This document shows, in pieces, positions 1 through 11,730 of a DNA stretch of 64,000 nucleotides; the stretch's first letter is position 1; each line of letters begins with the position of its first letter. The notes beneath the pieces were generated by a model that searched no databases, had not been told where the DNA came from, and saw only the letters and a program-made list of their open reading frames with translations. Made by a program: the position numbers and the translations under genes. The stretch is from Octopus vulgaris (Eukaryota), in contig OX597815.1 of NCBI GenBank assembly GCA_951406725.2, positions 137,764,001 through 137,828,000 on the forward strand, in the 5' to 3' direction.

Positions 1-7
1 CCTATTT

Positions 8-41
<34 letters not shown>

Positions 42-1502
42 GTGTGACAAAAAGAAGTAAAAGAGATTTCTGGAAGACTCTTTTATCGTTGTTTGGAAAT
101 GAATTATATTCAATGAGGTAGTCAGTCATACGTAGCTACATATAGTATTGCTGGTTTTAAATCTTAATCAACATTCTCTGTGTAATGATGCACAATTCTT
201 TTATACGGACAAAATTTGTTGTAAAATACTATCACTTATATTTACAATATACCAGACTGTTATTTCTGATATGTGTAGAAAGAGAAAGGGAATGATTGCT
301 CTTTGTATATTATAATTTGAACGTTGGAAAACATTTTATGCATTCATTTTTCAATTGATGTAGGAACTGTAAATTTACCATTTGATTGATTAATAGGAGT
401 AGGTAAGTCGTAATAAAAAAAAATAAAGGGAGGAGGGTACAAAGGGAAGTCTTGCTACATTTACTTTTTTCTAACTAAATGTTCGCCTAGAGTGGTTTAG
501 CACTCATCCAACAAACCTATAATTAAGGTATTCCACTCTTAAAAAAAAAAAGGTAACCACTCTCTTACATTCTAACAGAGTGCATCTAGAACTACATATC
601 CAATGTGCCCTTTGTTAAGGTAATAGGATGTAAGTTCAGGCAGATTTGGTTGATATTTCTAGCAGGCCAAGCGACAATGAAGAAGTGGGGAGAAATGAGC
701 TGTGTATGAATCATCCTGGTGGTCAAAAACATAATTTCCATCAAATATAATTCTTTCTTTGCCTTAGTGTTGGATAAGGTTAAAATCAACATAATTTTAT
801 AAATTCTGGCTATTTGTCTGCTCCCTTTTCAGTCCTTAGTCTTGTGTCTACAAAACACTGGTTTATTCTGTGTGCAATATTGGTTCATGTGGGAAGCTGA
901 TTGAAGAAGTAGACTGGTATTAAAAGTTTTGAAAATACACTAGTTTGAACAAATAAATTGCTGCTAATAATAACGTGCAAATAGTAATACTTGCTGTCAT
1001 GAAAAAATGGACATCAAAAGGGTGATGATTGCTTTCTTTTCTATTTTTGACATTGAATTCTGGTGTAAAAGCTGACCAAGAGAAAATCAGATCAAAAAGT
1101 CTTCAAGATCAGTATCGTTTACTTATGAATTTATTCCTTTTGTATTCATGAGACATGGAAGGATGAAAATCAATCTTAGTGAGATTTGAGGTTGTAGCCT
1201 AAGAAAGAGATAGGGAAGTACCTTAGGCCCTCTAATGTTCTTTGACTAGGTATGAATTTTACACATCCCATGTTTTTCCTCTTGTTAAAATGAAATAAAT
1301 AACATCAAAAGTAATAACTCACTTCTGGAAGAAAATATCAGGTAATCTAGAAAGTAAGACAGAAATTTACATAACCTGAATATCTTGGAGTTATGAAGGC
1401 AACCCCCTAATTTGTCTTTGAAGAATGTAATACAGATTATACTTAGAGGCTTTACAAAGTCAATAATCTAATTGGCAGGCTGAATTACTTTATAGACACA
1501 TA

Positions 1503-2772
1503 TGAGGGGCGTTCAATAAGTAATGCCCCTGACCCACTTGCAGTTGTTTGATCTAGCTGAAATTTTGCATGTGCACTTATTTATACCTCTATAGATTAAG
1601 TGGCGAATTACAGCTCTGAACTAATTGTGGTTTCTGATTTACAGGTGTTTGAACTGAGTCAAGTGTGAAATGGAGCCTGTTGAGTGTCGAGCAGTGATCC
1701 GGTTTTTTTATTTGAAAGGACGCACACCACGGGAGACTTTTGATGAAATGAAAGTAACTTATGGTGATGATGCCCAATCATATGACCTTGTAAAACGCTG
1801 GCATTGTGAATTCAAACATAGTCGGAACTCTGTGGAAACAGCTCCCAGATCTGGTCGCCCCCTTCTGCCGTTGATGAGACGTCTGTCCGTCAAGTTGAGG
1901 CTGCCATTTTGGAAGGTCAACGCATAGCTATTCGCCAAATAGCCCATAAGGTCAAGATTAGTACCGGGTCTGTGGAAACTATCATTCATGACCATTTGCA
2001 TATGCAAAAGGTGTCTGCCAGATGGATTTCCAGGTTGCTCACACCTTTCCAGAAGCAAGAACGCGTTGAGTGCTCGGGGATGAATTTGGAGGTGTGCCAA
2101 GAAGATGAGTCAAAATTTTTCAAAAGACTGATCACACAGGATAAAACCTGGGTCCATCACTATGATCCATAGACCAAAGCCCAGTCAATGCAGTGAAAGC
2201 ACCGTGACTCACCTCCTCCAAAGAAGGCAAGGGTGCAGCCCTCCGCTGACAAGGTTATGCTCACAGTCTTCTGGGACCAGGACGGAGTAGTGATGACAGA
2301 TTTCCTGGCAAAGGGTACCACAATTACAGGAGCCTATTATGCTTCACTTTTGAGGAAATTAAGAGAAGCTATCAAAATCAAGAGGCGGGGCAAGATCAGC
2401 AAAGGCATCCTCCTCCTGCAGGACAACGCTCTGGTCCAAAACTCACGTGTCGCCAGATCAGAAGCACAGGCGTGCAGCTATGAACTCCTCCCCTTGCACC
2501 CTCTGATTTTCACCTCTTCCCAGCCATGAAGTTGATTTTGAAAGGAAAGCGTTTCCCAGATGATGCAGCCTTGATTTCTGAAGTCACGTCGTGGTTGGAG
2601 GATCAAGCTGGGGTCTTCTACAAAAACGGTCTCCAGAGCTGTATCAAACGATGGGAGAAATGCATAACTCTGGGTAGTTCCTATGTAGGAAAAGACTAAT
2701 AACTGTGCCAAGTGTCGTTGCTCTACTGCTATGGGAAGTGGGTCAGGGACATTACTTATTGAACGCCCCTCG
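1503..2772 (+). mobile_element. Full-length (1270 bp) mariner DNA transposon, irritans/Hsmar2-like termini, non-functional copy
   Basis: ~37-bp TIRs (TGAGGGGCGTTCAATAAGTAATGCCCCTGACCCACTT at 1503; AAGTGGGTCAGGGACATTACTTATTGAACGCCCCTCG ending 2772) with TA on both sides (1501-1502, 2773-2774); encloses transposase remnants. Confidence 0.95.
1670..2699 (+). pseudogene. Mariner DD34D transposase pseudogene
   Basis: Motifs WISRLLT (WVPREL-like), ITQDKTWVHHYDP, LLQDNA, LAPSDFHLF, RWEKCI...YV, stop TAA at 2697-2699; frameshift near 1860-1870, stops at 2170 and 2194, ~22-nt deletion near 2493 removing the expected HPPYSPD. Confidence 0.93.
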
Positions 2773-2836
2773 TAACTATTTCACCCAAAGTGGAGGAAAT
2801 CCCAAATAACTTATGAGAACACCATAAATAGTTTAA

Positions 2837-3056
2837 CCCTTTAGTGCTCAGGTTACTCTGTCAAATGTAATACATACTTTTTGAAATTGATTTGAATTAA
2901 GCATGCTTTATCTCATAGCATTAAAATTTCAATGATGTGATTGTTGATTTTCACAATGACATTGTAAGGTAGATGTGAGAGGCCAGATCTGACCAGTTTG
3001 AACATAAAACAAGTAGAATATTTAGGCCGGATATGGCCAGTTTAAATGCAAAAGGG
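2837..3056. mobile_element. piggyBac-type MITE, family A (220 bp)
   Basis: TTAA|CCCTTTAG...AAAGGG|TTAA; five related copies in the window. Confidence 0.85.
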
Positions 3057-3328
3057 TTAAAAGTCAAATAAAAGATACAGAAACAGATTAACTAAGACAG
3101 AAACTGTTCAGTATTTAATGAGTTGTAGAAACAGCTGAATGTTGGATGAAAATCTTTAGAGTGTTTTGTTACATCCCATCATGTTTTATGTTCAAATCTC
3201 ATTCAGTTCTTTCTTTTTATATATATTTTTCTGGTATTAATAAAGTAAGTATAATCCCTAACCCCACCCAAAAACATTGTAGTCCTTGTACAAAGTTTAG
3301 TAAATAATATTAACAAAAATACAAACCA

Positions 3329-3769
3329 AATAAAACAAAATACATATGATATAAAACTAGAAAAGGCCAGGTGTAAATTTTGAAGAAGCACTTGGTAACA
3401 TATATAAAGGTTACCCAGTATGAGTTAAATCCGAATATGTACAGATACATAACTTAGCAACAGTATAGTGTCGCCAGCAAATTGTCTGGCATTATATAAG
3501 TAACAGTAAAATAGTACCAACATAATCATGAAATCTAAGATGAACTAAAATATAATAAAACAAAATATGTATGATATAAAACTAGAAAAAGCCAGGTGTA
3601 AATTTTGAAGAAACACTTGGTAACATATATAAAGGTTACCCAGTATAAGTTAAATCCGAATATGTACAGATACATAACTTAGCAACAGTATAGTGTCGCC
3701 AGCAAATTGTCTGGCATTATATAAGTAACAGTAAAATAGTACCAACATAACCATGAGAACTAAGATGAA
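3329..3769. repeat. Tandem duplication, 225-bp period, 2 copies
   Basis: 3329-3544 and 3554-3769 align with only a few substitutions. Confidence 0.92.
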
Positions 3770-4560
3770 GCATGCTACTGCAAACTGATTAGTTTGGTTC
3801 TATCTTCTTTCCTACTTACTAAAACTTAGATCTTTGCTAAGATTACTTTGAGGCCTCTTGATCTAGGTTTTGCTTCTATATCTGAAATTTCTTATAATTC
3901 TACTACAGACTCCACTATAAGAACTCAGTCATCAGCATATAAGAGTTCCTATGAACAACTGGTCTCACACTCCTCAGTTATGGCTTGGAGGGTTATGATA
4001 AATAAAAAGGAGACTCAAAACTGAACCCAAGTGAGCCCCTACTGCATGCTAAATTCACCACTATACTTATTACTGATTTTCACCTTGCTGACTGTATTTC
4101 TGTGTATAGTTTACAGAGTTATTTGCCTACTTCTAGCAGTGAGGCACCTTGACAAAGATCTCGAGTATGGTAGCTTACTCTTAGCTTAGTACTTGTCCTA
4201 CAGTTATTCCTCTAGAAAGATGACATCAGTAGTGCTTCTTCCCGGCACAAAGCTGAACTGCATCTCATTCTGGCTACTTTGCATCCTAATCAATTGAACT
4301 ATGGCTCTTTCTGTAACTTTCATATTGTGGCCCAACAATTTAATTCTTCTGTAATTTCCTCTCTCTAGTGCATCTCCATTGTTTTTGTATCAATTGACAA
4401 TGATACTGCTACATCAGTTAATGAGAATGATACCTTCTTGTAATTTTTGATTAACTATGCAGTTGAGAAGCCCATGCCCTTTTAGCTATATATTTTAAAC
4501 ATTTCAATAGTTTTTCCTGAGAGACCAGTTACCTTTCTTGCTTTGTTTAAAAAAGATTTG
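3770..4560 (-). mobile_element. Decayed RTE-clade LINE reverse transcriptase fragment
   Basis: Minus-strand translation GDALERGNYRRIKLL...MKVTER...EMQFSFVPGRSTTDVIF; boundaries approximate. Confidence 0.75.
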
Positions 4561-5355
4561 CCTTACTATTTCTATTGCATAGTGTCAGCAGCACAGAAAG
4601 GTGCCCAGTACATAGTGCAATGTGATCAGCATTAGGAGGGAATCCTACCATAGAAACCATGCTCAAACTGACATTGGAGCTTGATGCAGCCCTGTATCTT
4701 GTCAGATTCTGTCAAACCATCCAACCCATGCCAACATGGAAAACAGATGTTAAATGATGATGAGATACATTATGTTTGACAATAAAATAGGATGGGCATT
4801 GCTGAATTACCTTCAGTCATAAATCTGCTTGATTGGGGCTGCCTGGGGCTAAACAACAAAGGACAAACGCTTATAAATAGAAATGACATGGAATAAAGCG
4901 CAGAGATAGCAGTAGTGCCCATTGTGATTAGTGCTCTGGAAATTCTAAAAACAAAATACAGAAATGACTTACAAATTAAGTACTTTACCAAATTGTCAGT
5001 CAATCAAGACAAATAGGGGAAAATGATGTAAAAAAAAAAACATTTTAGGATAACAAAACAAAATAACTAAACTGACATAGATTACCCATTACTAACCACG
5101 TATGCAGTTTCATAGTTATTTAGGAACATAGCTGATACACAAGGTTGATTCTAACATTCAAGTAGGATAATATAAAGTAAAGAACCTCCGTCATTTGTAA
5201 ACTGAAATACACAATAAGAATAACATTGTAAAAGATACATGCCAATTTCAAGCTTTAGAAAATAGAAAAGATTGTTGATATCTGTACTGCCTACAAACTT
5301 AGAAAAGATTGTTCATAGAACAGAGTTGTCATGCAATTTGTTTTTGTGTCTCCAG

Positions 5356-5555
5356 CCAGAAGAATCATTAGCATGCTGGACAAAATGCTTAGCAGCATTT
5401 CTTCCAGCACTTTACATTCTGGGTTCAAATTCTGCCACGGTCAACTTTACCTTTCATCTTTTCGGGGTCAATAAAATAAGGATCAGTTGAGTGTTTTAAT
5501 AGACTAACTTCCTCCCACTTAAAAATTGTTGGCCTTGTGCTAGAATTTGAAACCC
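5356..5555 (+). mobile_element. tRNA-derived SINE, same family as 62780-63017
   Basis: B-box-like GGGTTCAAATTC followed by GGTCAACTTTACCTTTCATCTTTTCGGGGTCAATAAA core. Confidence 0.7.
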
Positions 5556-5949
5556 TAATTACATCTTGAGTATTGTGTTACTTCTGTTTTGTATATTGCA
5601 TTCTTTTATGTATTGTAAAACTACAAATATGACATACTTTGATGAAGGCATGACTACTGGTGTATATAAAATAATCACTTAAAGTGAATGATAATAACTA
5701 TATCATTATAAATGTATTTAATGAATCCAGTAACTAAACAAAATATTGCAGTGGAAAGTCTAAGATCAAATTTATCTGTACAAATGAAAAATACATGTTT
5801 TTTTTCTTTCTGTAATGTTGTCACTAATACTTTCGAGTTCACAGAAGGCACCTTTAAATTGGGGGTAACAAGTTTCAAGGTTTTGTCAGTACTCTTCAAT
5901 CAAGTTCATAAATCATTGTAAAACTTGACGGAAACTTTTTAACATTTAA

Positions 5950-6169
5950 CCCTTTTGTTACTGTATTTATTTTGAGATGCTCAGTGTTTCTTTCAATTAC
6001 TTTAAATATAACAAAGAATTTAGTAAAATAACTTAGTTATCATTTAGCTAGTGTTAGGAACATAGATTGTGACTAAGGTTTGGTGGAAGATTTTAATTCA
6101 AAACTTATGAAAACAAGACATTTGTACTCAGAGCTAGGGCCGGTTTCAGCCGGGTTGGTAACGAAAGGG
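5950..6169. mobile_element. piggyBac-type MITE, family B (220 bp)
   Basis: TTAA|CCCTTTTGTTAC...GTAACGAAAGGG|TTAA; close copy at 52218-52437. Confidence 0.9.
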
Positions 6170-7099
6170 TTAAACCAATATAATACATAACATCAAAACT
6201 AAAAAAATTTCTGTTTCCAAATTCATCAGGATCTTAAACATTCTAAGTTCAATTCATTAGAAAACATTGAACTAGTAAAGATACTGTAACTATTGTTGAT
6301 TGCTTGGAAGATAATTGCTTGCATCATACACTTACAAATCCAATTAAGGTGAAATAGCACCCACTGAATAATTGGTAGCTTTTTCTCTTTTAATTGGTTT
6401 GATTTGAAAAAGTCTTTACCCATGGCATTTGAAGAAGAAAGCCTGGTAATAATGATCAGAAAAGAACTTGGGCCATGGTGGGCACTATATGGGTCATAAG
6501 ATAGAAGTAAATTAAGAGTGCCTGAATGGAGGCAGTACAAGACCAACCTACTCCAAGGAACAGCAGTGATGATAGAAACAGTAGAAAAGGTAAAATGAGG
6601 AGTTAATGTATCTATAAACTAGAAATAGGATTGTGTCTATGAGTGACTTCATGCCAGTTAGTCAAGAGACTTGTATTTACATATAGGCTAGTATGTTTGC
6701 TGGTATGTCAGCAACATCATCCTAGATGTTAGAGCAGTGGCCCATCATGAACTTCAGTTTTGTAGATAGTTAATAGTTATCAAGGTATGAAGTATTTTCA
6801 GAATCATGCAGATTTCAAGTGAGATGTCTAGGTAGTGGATTAGCAGAGACATCAGAGCAGTATTTGTTCTGATTCTGTGCTCTGAAATCAAATCTCACCA
6901 AAATCAACTTTGCCTTTCATCATTTTGTTATCAGTCAAAAAAGTACCAATCCAAAAGTATCAAAGCAAAGGATTGGTACAACTATAAAGCTGGACCTTGC
7001 AATATTTGATCCAGCTTGGTGTTCTGAGTCAAACACCACCTAAGTACCTAAAAAATGTACCTTCACCAACTTACAGGCCTAGCATGATAAGAAAGGCAA

Positions 7100-7610
7100 A
7101 TCTTCAAAACAAAAGCCACCACCAAGTAAATGATACTGGATACAGTTATGAGACAGATTCCTCCAGCTGGTGACATCTAGGTTGCGTGTGGATCACACTA
7201 TGGCAGTAGAAGTTGAGGAGAAATGACAGGTGGTGTTATATGCATAGGAGTGGACATTGTTAGAGGTGATGGCAAGTAAATTGTTAATTGAGAGAAGAAA
7301 GAGTTCAGGGGACAAAAGCCTTACCCTGAAGTACACCAGAGTTGATAGCCTAAGTGTTGAGAGAGACCCATTAAGACAGGCTGCAAAATTGCAATCTAAC
7401 AAGAAGCCACCAACCCAAGAGTCAAAAGATGGATGAAGTCCTTGAATGGACAACTTTGACAAGAAATCCACATGTCTGATACAATCAAAAGCTTTACTGT
7501 TATCAGGAACGTTAGCCCGTTTTACCACGTGAGAACTTGTATTGAGTAACCACTGCAGATCTCCTATAAAATGTGTGTACACGTAGGAAACAATAGCAAG
7601 AAGCACTGAC
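7100..7610 (-). mobile_element. Decayed LINE (CR1/L2/Jockey-group) reverse transcriptase fragment
   Basis: ORF 7193-7606 carries SKAFDCIRH, LSPELFLLSINNL and HSYAYNTT (decayed YADDTT). Confidence 0.7.
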
Positions 7611-8510
7611 CCTATCTTTTGGAGCTGAAGTTTCAGTAAACATGTAATCTGAATAACTGAGATAGGTTATGAGATTTGTGTCTTTGAATGATACAGAATA
7701 GGTTGTTGCATGGAATGTGTGGGGATTTAGATTAGATCAGAGTTCACAGATGGTAGAGAAAAGGAAGAAGAATTGTCCCATAAATTTAGTTTGGGCTTTT
7801 GGCATCTAGGAAATTGTAGGAAGTGTTGTGGCTTACTTTGTCTCCACAACATTCATAGCAAGAGACATTTAATCAATTAATAAAAATACAAAGCAATGAT
7901 ATAGGGTCAGTTGCTAATCCAGAGTTCCTTACTACTAATGCCTCTTTGATATGACTACTTTTTAATTCAGTATTTCTCAGATCTGTTTTCACACTGTGGG
8001 ATATAACTCTGGAATAACATTGTGATCTTCAGAGATTATCTAAGACATTTATAGTCATGCAGATCCTACATGATGGCATATTGTTACAGGCCACTACTAC
8101 TCTCACAACCTGTGAGAAGTGTGCCACAAAGGAAATTATGAGACAAAAGTTCACATAAGCACCATTTTCTCTGGTCTTAATCTCTTTTATTTCTTCTACT
8201 TTAGTATTGCAGCACCATACTGCCAGAAGGTTTGCTCTTCTCACCTCAGCTTCAGTCTTAAATAACAAACACACACTTAGATATGCTCAACACCTGTCAG
8301 AGTAGAATGCATATGACCACACATCAGCCTTGCTTCCTTTCAGTTTTTGTATATATATGGAAACCCCACTTCATATGTTGAAAAACAGAAGTATGTTGCT
8401 TTCTTTCTTACCCATTTTTGGATAATTCTTCAGCTAGAAGGTACTCTCTTTTGCAAAATACTTCTTCCATGCTTTCTCTTTTGCCTGGAGTTGGTTCATG
8501 TATAGTTATT

Positions 8511-8700
8511 TCATCATCATCATCTTCGTTTAGCGTCCGTTTTCCATGCTAGCATGGGTTGGACGGTTCAACTGGGGTCTGGGAAGCCAGAAGGCTGCAC
8601 CAGGCCCAGTCTGATCTGGCAATGTTTCTACGGCTGGATGCCCTTCCTAACACCAACCACTCTGTGAGTGTAGTGGGTGCTTTTTATGTGCCACCGGCAC
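8511..8700 (-). mobile_element. RTE-tail/SINE element with (GAT)n tail
   Basis: Reverse complement of the tail at 63500-63698 (GGTTGGCGTTAGGAAGGGCATCCAGC...GATGATGAT). Confidence 0.8.
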
Positions 8701-9452
8701 ACATTTATGGCTCACAACTCTGGAAAATGACAAATTGCTGTTGGGGGTGCTTTTTGTCATTTTGCTATGGTTTTTTTTTTCTTTTTCTTAAATTGTAACT
8801 GTTTTTTAAAGTTGAGGATAATTCCTTTCTAATGGGTTGCTGTTTAAATATTCCCAAACCCTTTGGTAATGAAAAGAAGTACAAAAAAATTTTCATTGAG
8901 TAATCCAGGAAAGGATCAACTGTGAGCAGTTCTGTACAACATGACTGTTCACTGCAAATAACAATCATCATTATCATCACTTTTATATCTACTCTTCCAT
9001 GCTTGCATGGGTTGGATGAATCCTCTCTAATAGCATCCTACCATTTCTTTGTCATCTCCTTTTTAAGGCTTGGCATCCTAAGATTAGCTTTCACCACTTA
9101 TTTCCATATCTCCCTTCATCTTCATATGGATTTCTTGGTATTTCTTTATCCAGCTATCATTATCCAAATGTATTATATCTACCAATGCAGTTGACTCTTT
9201 TGTACACTATATCTAGTAATGTTATATTTTTCTTGTCCATCAGTTTGATACTTCTGCAGTTGCTTCTTTCTGGGACATTTCTTTTACTCTTGTAACAGTC
9301 AATGATTATACTGCTATGCTAGTCATTTGGTATGATATCTCCTTTTGTTACCTGGTTAATTATGTCGGTGACTAGCTTAAGCCTTACTTTGCCTATATTT
9401 TCTGCATCTTAACTATTTCCATTGAATTTGCTGCTTCCCATATTTTTCTTAA

Positions 9453-9672
9453 CCCTTTAGCATTCAGATTACTCTATCAAATATAATGCTTAATTATTCA
9501 CATTGTTTTAAATTAATCATGCATTCTCTCATAGCTTCAAGATTTCGATAATGTGATTGTTTATTTTAGAATGATATTGTAGGGTAGGTGTGAGAGGCTG
9601 AATCTGGCTAGTTTGAACATAAAACAGATGGAATATTTATGGCAGGATATGGTTTGTTTAAATGTTAAAGGG
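9453..9672. mobile_element. piggyBac-type MITE, family A (220 bp), inside a decayed RTE fragment
   Basis: TTAA|CCCTTTAGCATT...AATGTTAAAGGG; similar to 2837-3056; right TSD decayed. Confidence 0.85.
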
Positions 9673-10140
9673 TTTTGAGCATTTAGCTGTTCACCACTGG
9701 TCTTTCTGTTGGGTATAGTTGAGGTGGTTATTTTTCCTATACATTTTCCATATCCCGCAACTACTCATTGTAACATTTCCAAAACTCTTTATCCTCAGTA
9801 TCAAAGAGGTATCACTGCCATCTTGAATGCAGTTTTCCTGAAGAATGTCTTCATTCTCTCTGACACTCTGCTTTACTATTTCTGTCACACTTCATACCTC
9901 TGATCTTTATGATGCAGAATACTGACAAGCCTTCTGCTTTTAGTTTATTTCTGCTCTAGTTAAACTTGTCATCTAGCTCCTGTTCTAGCCCTTTGATATC
10001 ATTTTCTACTACCCTTGTCACATACGCTAACTAAAAATGAATCTATACCACAATATTTATTCCAGTGAGCAATATAACCTCTGCTCAATCAAATTTTTAG
10101 ATGTATATTCATATATTAATATATTCTATTAGTAATATAT

Positions 10141-10962
10141 CACCATCATCGTTTAACGTCTGCTTTCCATGCTGGCATGGGTTGGATGGTTTGACTGAGG
10201 ACTGGCAAGCCAGGAGGCTGCACCAGGCTCCAATCTGATCTGGCAAGGTTTCTACAGCTGGATACCCTTCCTAATGCTAACCACTCTGAGAGTGTAATGG
10301 ATGCTTTTTATGTGCCACCAGCATTGGAGCCAGTCTCACAGTACTTGCATTGACCATGCTCAAATGGTGCTTTTTACGTGCCACCAGCATGGGTGCCAAT
10401 CAGGCGATACTGGTATTAGCCACGACAACGATTTCACTTGATTCAACAGGTCTTCTCAAGCACAGCATATTGCTTGCAATTGAAGGGTACTCATGGGTGC
10501 CAATCAGGCGATACTGGTATTAGCCACGACAACGATTTCACTTGATTCAACAGGTCTTCTCAAGCACAGCATATTGCTTGCAATTGAAGGGTACTCTTAA
10601 ATGGGCCAGTTATGTGACACTGGCATAGGCCATGTCTATGATCTCACTCGGTTTGCCAGGTCTTCTGAAGCACAGTATATCTCCAAAGATCTCGGTCATT
10701 TATCATTGCCTCTGTGAGGCCCGTTTGAAGGTCATGCTTCATCATCTCATCCCAGGTCTTCCTCTTCTGCAGGTTCCCTCTATTGCTAGGGTGTGACACT
10801 TCTTCACACATTTGTCTTCATTCATGCATAACACATGACCATACCAGTGCAGTCATCTCTCTTGCACACCACATCTTATGCTTCTTATGTCCAACTTTAC
10901 TCTCAGAGTGCTTATATTTTGTCGTGTATGCAGACTGACATTACACATCCAGCAGAGCATAC
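10141..10962 (-). mobile_element. RTE-clade LINE 3' end (ORF C-terminus, 3' UTR and (GAT)n tail)
   Basis: Minus translation SMLCWMCNVS...LDIRSIRCGVQER*LHWYGHV...CVKKCHTL; tail shared with 46120-46840. Confidence 0.85.
10388..10595. repeat. Perfect 104-bp tandem duplication inside the RTE 3' UTR
   Basis: 10388-10491 is identical to 10492-10595 by eye. Confidence 0.92.
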
Positions 10963-11037
10963 TAAATAATAGTATAATAATATTTCGTTTGGGGATTTGT
11001 TTTGCAAGATTCTTTATATGAGTTCGTGTGTTGACCT

Positions 11038-11556
11038 GACAGCTCCACTTCATTAAAGCATGCATCTAACACAGTAAATAATGGACAGTCAAGACTATTG
11101 AAAAGGTTGCAAGACGCAACGAAAATTTTAGGAAAATAAAAATGAGAAATAAGTGGAAATTTTACTGGTGAGTGTGTTACATTATAAGGCACAAAAAGAA
11201 AATGACTCTCTCTAGACACAACAGAATATGTTTCAACACATGAACTCATATAAAGAAACTTGCAAACCAAGTCCAAAAACGAAATATAATAAGCTTTAGC
11301 CAAGCTAGCAAGACATTGAGAAACACGTGTTCTGCTGTCTGAAAATCAAGATAGCTACCCGACAGCTCCACTTCATTAAAACATACATCTAACACAGTGT
11401 AAATAACGGACGGAGTCAAAACTATTCAAAAGGTTGCAAGACGCAACAAAAATTTTAGGAAAATAAAAATAAGGAATAAGTGGAAATTTTACCAGTAAGT
11501 GTGTTACATTATAAGGCACAAAAAGAAAATGACTCTCCCCAGACACAACAGAGTAT
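11038..11556. repeat. Partial tandem repeat (~190 bp x2, ~323-bp period), possible Penelope-like pLTR remnant
   Basis: 11038-11229 aligns with 11361-11556; flanked by TAA/TA-rich tracts; Penelope assignment is inference. Confidence 0.7.
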
Positions 11557-11688
11557 AATAATAATATATTAGCAATATAAAAACAAATGTAAAATATATT
11601 TAAGCAATAAATAAAATTTTTTAATGAATCTCATTCACTTTTGTATAAGTTTACTTGAATCTAAATATTTATGTTTATTATATTTCAG

Positions 11689-11730
11689 AACACATTTGTG
11701 GTTGATGATGTTACTAACATAATTAAGGAG
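11689..11730 (+). CDS. DYNLT1: DYNLT1 exon 2 (42 bp)
   Basis: tttcag|[14 protein letters not shown]|gtaaga. Confidence 0.9.

Noticed and set aside
1-1500. Candidate DYNLT1 first exon (donor-like sites near 118, 403 and 1342)
   Set aside because: None gives an open ATG-initiated phase-0 exon resembling the Tctex-1 N-terminus; exon 1 is probably upstream of the window
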